A model generated the notes under the pieces. It was not told where the DNA came from. It worked only from the letters and a program-made list of their open reading frames with translations, and did no database searches. Below, piece by piece: positions 59,967-64,000 of a DNA stretch of 64,000 bases. Origin of the DNA: an uncultured Verrucomicrobiota bacterium (GTDB lineage Bacteria; Verrucomicrobiota; Verrucomicrobiia; Verrucomicrobiales; V1-33); NCBI GenBank assembly GCA_942492905.1, contig OW818657.1, positions 5,918,188 to 5,982,187 on the forward strand. The letters run 5' to 3'. How positions within the stretch are numbered: the stretch's first letter is position 1; each line of letters starts with the position of its first letter. A program made the translations under genes and the position numbers.

Positions 59967-61361
59967 TCACTGCCTTGCTGCCTTGAGCAAGCCGCCAAGC
60001 TTCGCCCGCTCGCCCTCAAAAGCCGGATCGTCGGCCAGGTTGGTGTATTCCTTTGGATCCTTATCGTGGTCGTAAAGCTCAATCCCGGCTCCGCCGTCCT
60101 GCCACTCGGTATAGCGCCAGCGGTCCGTCCTCACACTTCGCCCGAAGACCCACTCCCCATTCTTTTTGCCGCGCTGCGTCTGGGTAAAGGCGGGGCGGGC
60201 CCAGGCCGCACCCGGATCATCCAGCAGAGGACGCAAGCTGGCCCCTTGGAGGTTGGCCGGACCCTTCAGCCCTGCCAGATCAGCTAGGGTGGGGTAGAGA
60301 TCGATCAATTCCACGGTAGCCCTGGTCACCCCTCCCCGGGCTTTGGTGCCTGGCGCGGCGATGATGAAGGGCACCCGCGCCGCTTCCTCAAAACAGGTCT
60401 GCTTTTGCCAGAGTCCATGCTCGCCGAGATGATAGCCATGATCGCTCCAGAAGACGATGATGGTTTTGTCCCGGAGCTTCAGGCGGTCGAGGGAATCGAG
60501 CACCCGGCCAATCTGGGTATCGGCAAAGGAAATGCAGGCCCAATAGGCCCGGCGGAGCAGGCGGCGTTGTTCATCAGTCAGGTTTTTTGCCTGGTGACCA
60601 GCCAGGGCCATCAGCGGGATGTCATCGCTGTCGCCGGGCTTTACGTCAGCCAACGGAATCCGGTCCGCCGGTGGATAGAGATCAAAGTATTTTTTCGGAG
60701 CCACATAGGGCGTGTGCGGTTTGTAGAAACCGACCGCGAGGAAGAACGGCTGATCCTTCTTTTCCTCCATCAGACGGATCGCTTCATCCGCGACTTTACC
60801 GTCGGTGTGGTCGGAATCACTGCCCTCCGCCGCCAGCCATGAGAGCGACGCCCCAAAGTTCATCGGTTTTCCGGTGTATTGGATAATGTCTGGTTCATCG
60901 GTCAGCTTGTCACGGCCGGCTGGATTGACCGCAAGATCCCAGGAAGGCGCGTCATCCAGCCCCGGAGTGCCGATCTGCCCCGGATTTCCATAATGATAAA
61001 TTTTTCCCACGCGGGCGCTGAACCAGCCGTTGTTTTTGAACAATTGGCTCAGGGTCACCACTTCCGGCAAACCTTCCCGGAAGTGGTATTGCAGATCGGC
61101 GACCTTGGTGCGGTCGGGCCGCAGCCCGGTCATGATGGAGGAACGGCTGGGGCTGCAGAGCGGGAACTGGCAATAAGCCCGTTCGAACTTCACCCCCTGG
61201 GAGGCCAGCCGGTCAATGTTCGGTGTTTTGACCAGCGGGTGGCCATAACATCCAAGATCGTTGTTCATGTCATCGACTGCGATGAAAAGCACATTGGGGC
61301 GCTCCGCGGCAGACAGGACCGTGGACCAGACGAGGAGAAGGGAAAGCAGACGGAGGATCAT
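59967..61361 (-). CDS. Sulfatase (formylglycine-dependent, iduronate-2-sulfatase-like)
   Basis: Signal peptide. PNVLFIAVDDMNNDLGCYG. The FGly motif CSPSRSSIMTG. WSDHGYHLGEH. Start at ATG 61361. Confidence 0.9.
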   Translation of the reverse strand: MILRLLSLLLVWSTVLSAAERPNVLFIAVDDMNNDLGCYGHPLVKTPNIDRLASQGVKFERAYCQFPLCSPSRSSIMTGLRPDRTKVADLQYHFREGLPEVVTLSQLFKNNGWFSARVGKIYHYGNPGQIGTPGLDDAPSWDLAVNPAGRDKLTDEPDIIQYTGKPMNFGASLSWLAAEGSDSDHTDGKVADEAIRLMEEKKDQPFFLAVGFYKPHTPYVAPKKYFDLYPPADRIPLADVKPGDSDDIPLMALAGHQAKNLTDEQRRLLRRAYWACISFADTQIGRVLDSLDRLKLRDKTIIVFWSDHGYHLGEHGLWQKQTCFEEAARVPFIIAAPGTKARGGVTRATVELIDLYPTLADLAGLKGPANLQGASLRPLLDDPGAAWARPAFTQTQRGKKNGEWVFGRSVRTDRWRYTEWQDGGAGIELYDHDKDPKEYTNLADDPAFEGERAKLGGLLKAARQ

Positions 61362-61465
61362 GGCGTAGGGGCAACACGGGGTGAACCGGCACCAGCCAAG
61401 CCATCCGGCTGTAGTCTGCCAAGGATTATTCCACCCGGGAATGCGGTGCCTCACGGCCGCGCTTT

Positions 61466-62191
61466 CTACTCCACCTCAAACACCATCAACTCCAGCGTGT
61501 AGAAAGCACGCGGACTGGCGGCATCCACATACACCGTCCTGACGTCCCCATCGCCGGCCAGCTGGGTCTGGTCCAGCGAACTGTCCTTTTCGAGCGCGAA
61601 AGCGGCCGGCTGGAAGGGCCCGGCAAGATCAGTGCTGCGCCGGATCCGGTAGGATGCCAGGTTCTTCGTGGGGAAAGTGAGGGCCAGACGTTTGGCTCCT
61701 TCGGTGGTGCGCACCGGGGAGAGTCCGCTGATCCCAAACTCAAATTCGGGGAGTTCCACCTCCAGCACCCCGCCGGAAAACCGGCTGGGATAGGGAATCA
61801 AATCCGCAGTGGCAGGGCCGTTGGTGACGGCCCCGTCGATGGCGTAGGTGGAGCCATGGCACGAACAGAAAATCTCCCGGCTCACCGTATCATAACGCTC
61901 CACGCGGCACCCCTCGTGCCGGCAGGTGGGATCAAGGACAAACAGAGCATCCCCCGGCCCGCGGTTGATCAGCAGCACGGTGGCCTCCCCATCATGAGTC
62001 AGCATGATCGATCCTCCCTCCTGTTGCAGCGCAGGATAGTCCGAAATCCTCAGCGGAAGCACCCGGTTCAGGTCAGGGGCAGGCGGGGTCTCTGCACGCC
62101 CCGGAGACGGCACCATCCCACTCAAGGCCCCGCAAGCCGATGCCAGACCTCCGAGGAATTTCCGACGCGAGCAGTTGAGGCAGGAATTCAT
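61466..62191 (-). CDS. Tat-exported Rieske [2Fe-2S] protein with a C-terminal beta-sandwich domain
   Basis: Twin-arginine signal MNSCLNCSRRKFLGGLASACGAL. Rieske boxes CRHEGC and CSCHGS. An alternative GTG start at 62275 overlaps the urtE stop (GTGA). Confidence 0.85.
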   Translation of the reverse strand: MNSCLNCSRRKFLGGLASACGALSGMVPSPGRAETPPAPDLNRVLPLRISDYPALQQEGGSIMLTHDGEATVLLINRGPGDALFVLDPTCRHEGCRVERYDTVSREIFCSCHGSTYAIDGAVTNGPATADLIPYPSRFSGGVLEVELPEFEFGISGLSPVRTTEGAKRLALTFPTKNLASYRIRRSTDLAGPFQPAAFALEKDSSLDQTQLAGDGDVRTVYVDAASPRAFYTLELMVFEVE

Positions 62192-62271
62192 CACAAATTT
62201 GAGGTCGACTCTATACCATTCCACCTCAGGATCTGCAATCTTTCCTTCCTGGCCGCTGGCGGTCCGCCACC

Positions 62272-62976
62272 TCACACTTGCAGGTGGGTCTTCACCACCT
62301 CATCCGTCAGGTCACGGATACTGCCGCTGGAAACGACCGCACCACGATCCATCGCAAAATAGCGATCCCCCACATCCCGGCAGAAATCGACATACTGTTC
62401 GACGAGGAGAATCGCCAGCTTTTCAGTAGTCCGGAGGAGCTTGATGGTCTCGCCGATTTCCTCGATAATGCTGGGCTGGATGCCCTCGGTGGGTTCATCC
62501 AGGATGAGGAGCTTCGGCCCGGTGAGCAGCGCCCTGCCGATGGCGAGTTGCTGCTGCTGGCCCCCGCTCAGCACCCCGCCCTTGCGGGCCAGCATGGATT
62601 TCAACACGGGGAAGAGGGTGTAGATCCGCTCCACCGCCGTCTTCACATCCTTGATCCGGCTACCATTGGCCACGTAGCCGATGCGCAGATTTTCCTCCAC
62701 CGTCATATGAGGAAAAATGTCACGTCCCTGGGGAACGTACCCAATCCCGAGCCGCGCCCGCGCATCCGGGGCGAGGCCGTTGAGGGCTTTTCCCTCAAGG
62801 GAAATGCTGCCGCTCCGGACCTCGCGCAACCCCGTGATCGACTTCAATGTCGTGGTTTTACCGACACCATTGCGGCCCATCAGGCAGGCCACTTCCCCTG
62901 GCCCGACCTCAAGAGAAACGCCCCGCAGAATGCGGGAACCGCCAATATCGGCGTGCAGGGATTCGACTTTAAGCAT
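62272..62976 (-). CDS. urtE: Urea ABC transporter ATP-binding protein UrtE
   Basis: Walker A GRNGVGKTT, LSGGQQQQLAIGRAL, and the UrtE-typical LDEPTEGIQPSII. Confidence 0.85.
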   Translation of the reverse strand: MLKVESLHADIGGSRILRGVSLEVGPGEVACLMGRNGVGKTTTLKSITGLREVRSGSISLEGKALNGLAPDARARLGIGYVPQGRDIFPHMTVEENLRIGYVANGSRIKDVKTAVERIYTLFPVLKSMLARKGGVLSGGQQQQLAIGRALLTGPKLLILDEPTEGIQPSIIEEIGETIKLLRTTEKLAILLVEQYVDFCRDVGDRYFAMDRGAVVSSGSIRDLTDEVVKTHLQV

Positions 62977-63047
62977 GAGTGGGAAAAAATTACGTCAGTT
63001 CAGTTATCAGGAAAAAGGCGGGATCCTGTTTCAAATCATGAATTCCA

Positions 63048-63806
63048 TCAGTGTTTGCCGCGGCCGAGATAGACGGAGCGGACTTCAGGATCGTTTTGCA
63101 CATCGTCCACCGTGCCCTCGCAGAGGACATGCCCCTGGTGCAGGACGGTGACCTTCTTCGCGATCTGACGGACAAAGACCATATCGTGCTCGATGACGAT
63201 GATGCTGTGCTTGCCCGCAAGGCTGAGAAGCAGCTCGCCGGTTTTGTGGGTTTCCTCATCGGTCATTCCGGCCGCCGGTTCATCGACAAGGAGGAGCTTG
63301 GCGTCCTGCGCCAGCAGCATCCCGATCTCCAGCCACTGCTTCTGGCCGTGGGCAAGGGAGCCGGCCTGGTCGTTCCGTTTCTCAAAGAGGCCGACGATTT
63401 TCAGGACGTCTTCAATCCGGTCACGGTCCTCGCTGCTGAGCTTGGCAAAAAGGGTGCGGAACACCCCGCGATGGCCCTTGAGACCCAGCAGGATGTTATC
63501 GAAAACGGTATGTTCCGTGAAGACGCTGGGGGTTTGGAATTTCCGGCCGATCCCCATGCGGTAGATTTCGTATTCCTTTTTGGAGGTGATCTCCTCGCCC
63601 ACTCCGGTGCCGAAGGTGATCTTTCCACTATCCAACCGTGTGCGGCCGGTGATGAGATCGAGGAAAGTGGATTTCCCGGCCCCGTTCGGTCCGATCACGG
63701 TCCGCAGTTCCCCCGCGTCGAGATAGAAGTTGAGATCGTTGATGGCCTTGAAGCCATCAAAGGCTTTGTTGACGCCTTCAGCGGCGAGGATGACTTGACT
63801 GCTCAT
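63048..63806 (-). CDS. urtD: Urea ABC transporter ATP-binding protein UrtD
   Basis: Walker A GPNGAGKST, and the UrtD-typical GIGRKFQTPSVF and LAHGQKQWLEIGMLL. Start at ATG 63806; the ORF-track start at 63992 runs into urtC. Confidence 0.85.
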   Translation of the reverse strand: MSSQVILAAEGVNKAFDGFKAINDLNFYLDAGELRTVIGPNGAGKSTFLDLITGRTRLDSGKITFGTGVGEEITSKKEYEIYRMGIGRKFQTPSVFTEHTVFDNILLGLKGHRGVFRTLFAKLSSEDRDRIEDVLKIVGLFEKRNDQAGSLAHGQKQWLEIGMLLAQDAKLLLVDEPAAGMTDEETHKTGELLLSLAGKHSIIVIEHDMVFVRQIAKKVTVLHQGHVLCEGTVDDVQNDPEVRSVYLGRGKH

Positions 63807-63814
63807 GAAAAGGG

Positions 63815-64000
63815 TCAGGCGGGAGTGGCTCCGGGTTCGATTGCAGGGGCGCTGCGGCGCTTCCACCATGCAGCGATGTCCTTGATCTGCTGGGGCAGGC
63901 CGGCGATGCCGTTCGGCGCGAAAAGCACCGCGAGGACGAAGAGTCCGCCCAGGATGATATACCAGTAATCGGGATAGGCCGTAGTGGCCCACGACTTGAG
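63815..64000 (-). CDS. urtC: Urea ABC transporter permease UrtC, C-terminal 61 codons (5' end outside the window)
   Basis: Not in the ORF track because no start lies in the window. Hand translation of the minus strand from 64000 gives [61 protein letters not shown]-stop (TGA = 63815-63817). This is a typical branched-chain/urea permease C-terminus, ending 8 nt before urtD. Confidence 0.75.
   Translation of the reverse strand, partial: LKSWATTAYPDYWYIILGGLFVLAVLFAPNGIAGLPQQIKDIAAWWKRRSAPAIEPGATPA

Overview
High-GC bacterial chromosomal window. It most likely comes from a Verrucomicrobiota/PVC-type genome. This is an inference from a PVC-type heme-binding dehydrogenase, a PEP-CTERM protein, a lamin-tail/CotH giant protein and an orphan prepilin-like gene. 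All family calls rest on motif recognition in the supplied translations; no BLAST or HMM search was run.

Contents in order:
1. nt 1-16992: a divergent MarR-like regulator with a perfect 20-bp palindromic operator candidate, then a ten-gene co-directional xylan / esterified-xylan utilisation operon. It holds four tandem CE1-like esterase paralogues, one of them fused to a PVC-type dehydrogenase plus cytochrome c. It also holds a GPH symporter, a GH43 beta-xylosidase, a GH10 xylanase, a SASA-type acetylesterase and a PQQ-type sugar dehydrogenase-PKD-cytochrome c protein.
2. nt ~17000-20600: a visibly AT-richer ~3.5-kb insertion. It carries a 915-aa gamma-class N6-adenine DNA methyltransferase translationally coupled to an HNH endonuclease. 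This is a candidate restriction-modification or defence cassette.
3. Housekeeping genes: ppdK, infC, rnr, mscL, trpB.
4. A glycogen cluster: glgP (DUF3417-type), glgA, and a eukaryote-type GH13 branching enzyme.
5. A DUF4870 protein, a fasciclin protein, dinB, a TPR-like protein and an FAD oxidoreductase.
6. An Rrf2-YezD-porin-ABC (NitT/TauT, sulfonate-type) module.
7. leuS, a hypothetical gene and rlmN.
8. A cell-surface cluster: a protein with four DUF642-like modules, a PEP-CTERM protein with two such modules, and a 1523-aa protein with three lamin-tail domains plus CotH.
9. A sulfatase, a Tat-Rieske protein, and urtE/urtD/partial urtC.

No rRNA, tRNA, CRISPR array, transposase or integrase was recognised. 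The strongest candidates for something new are the heme-c-linked dehydrogenases embedded in the xylan operon and the MTase-HNH island.
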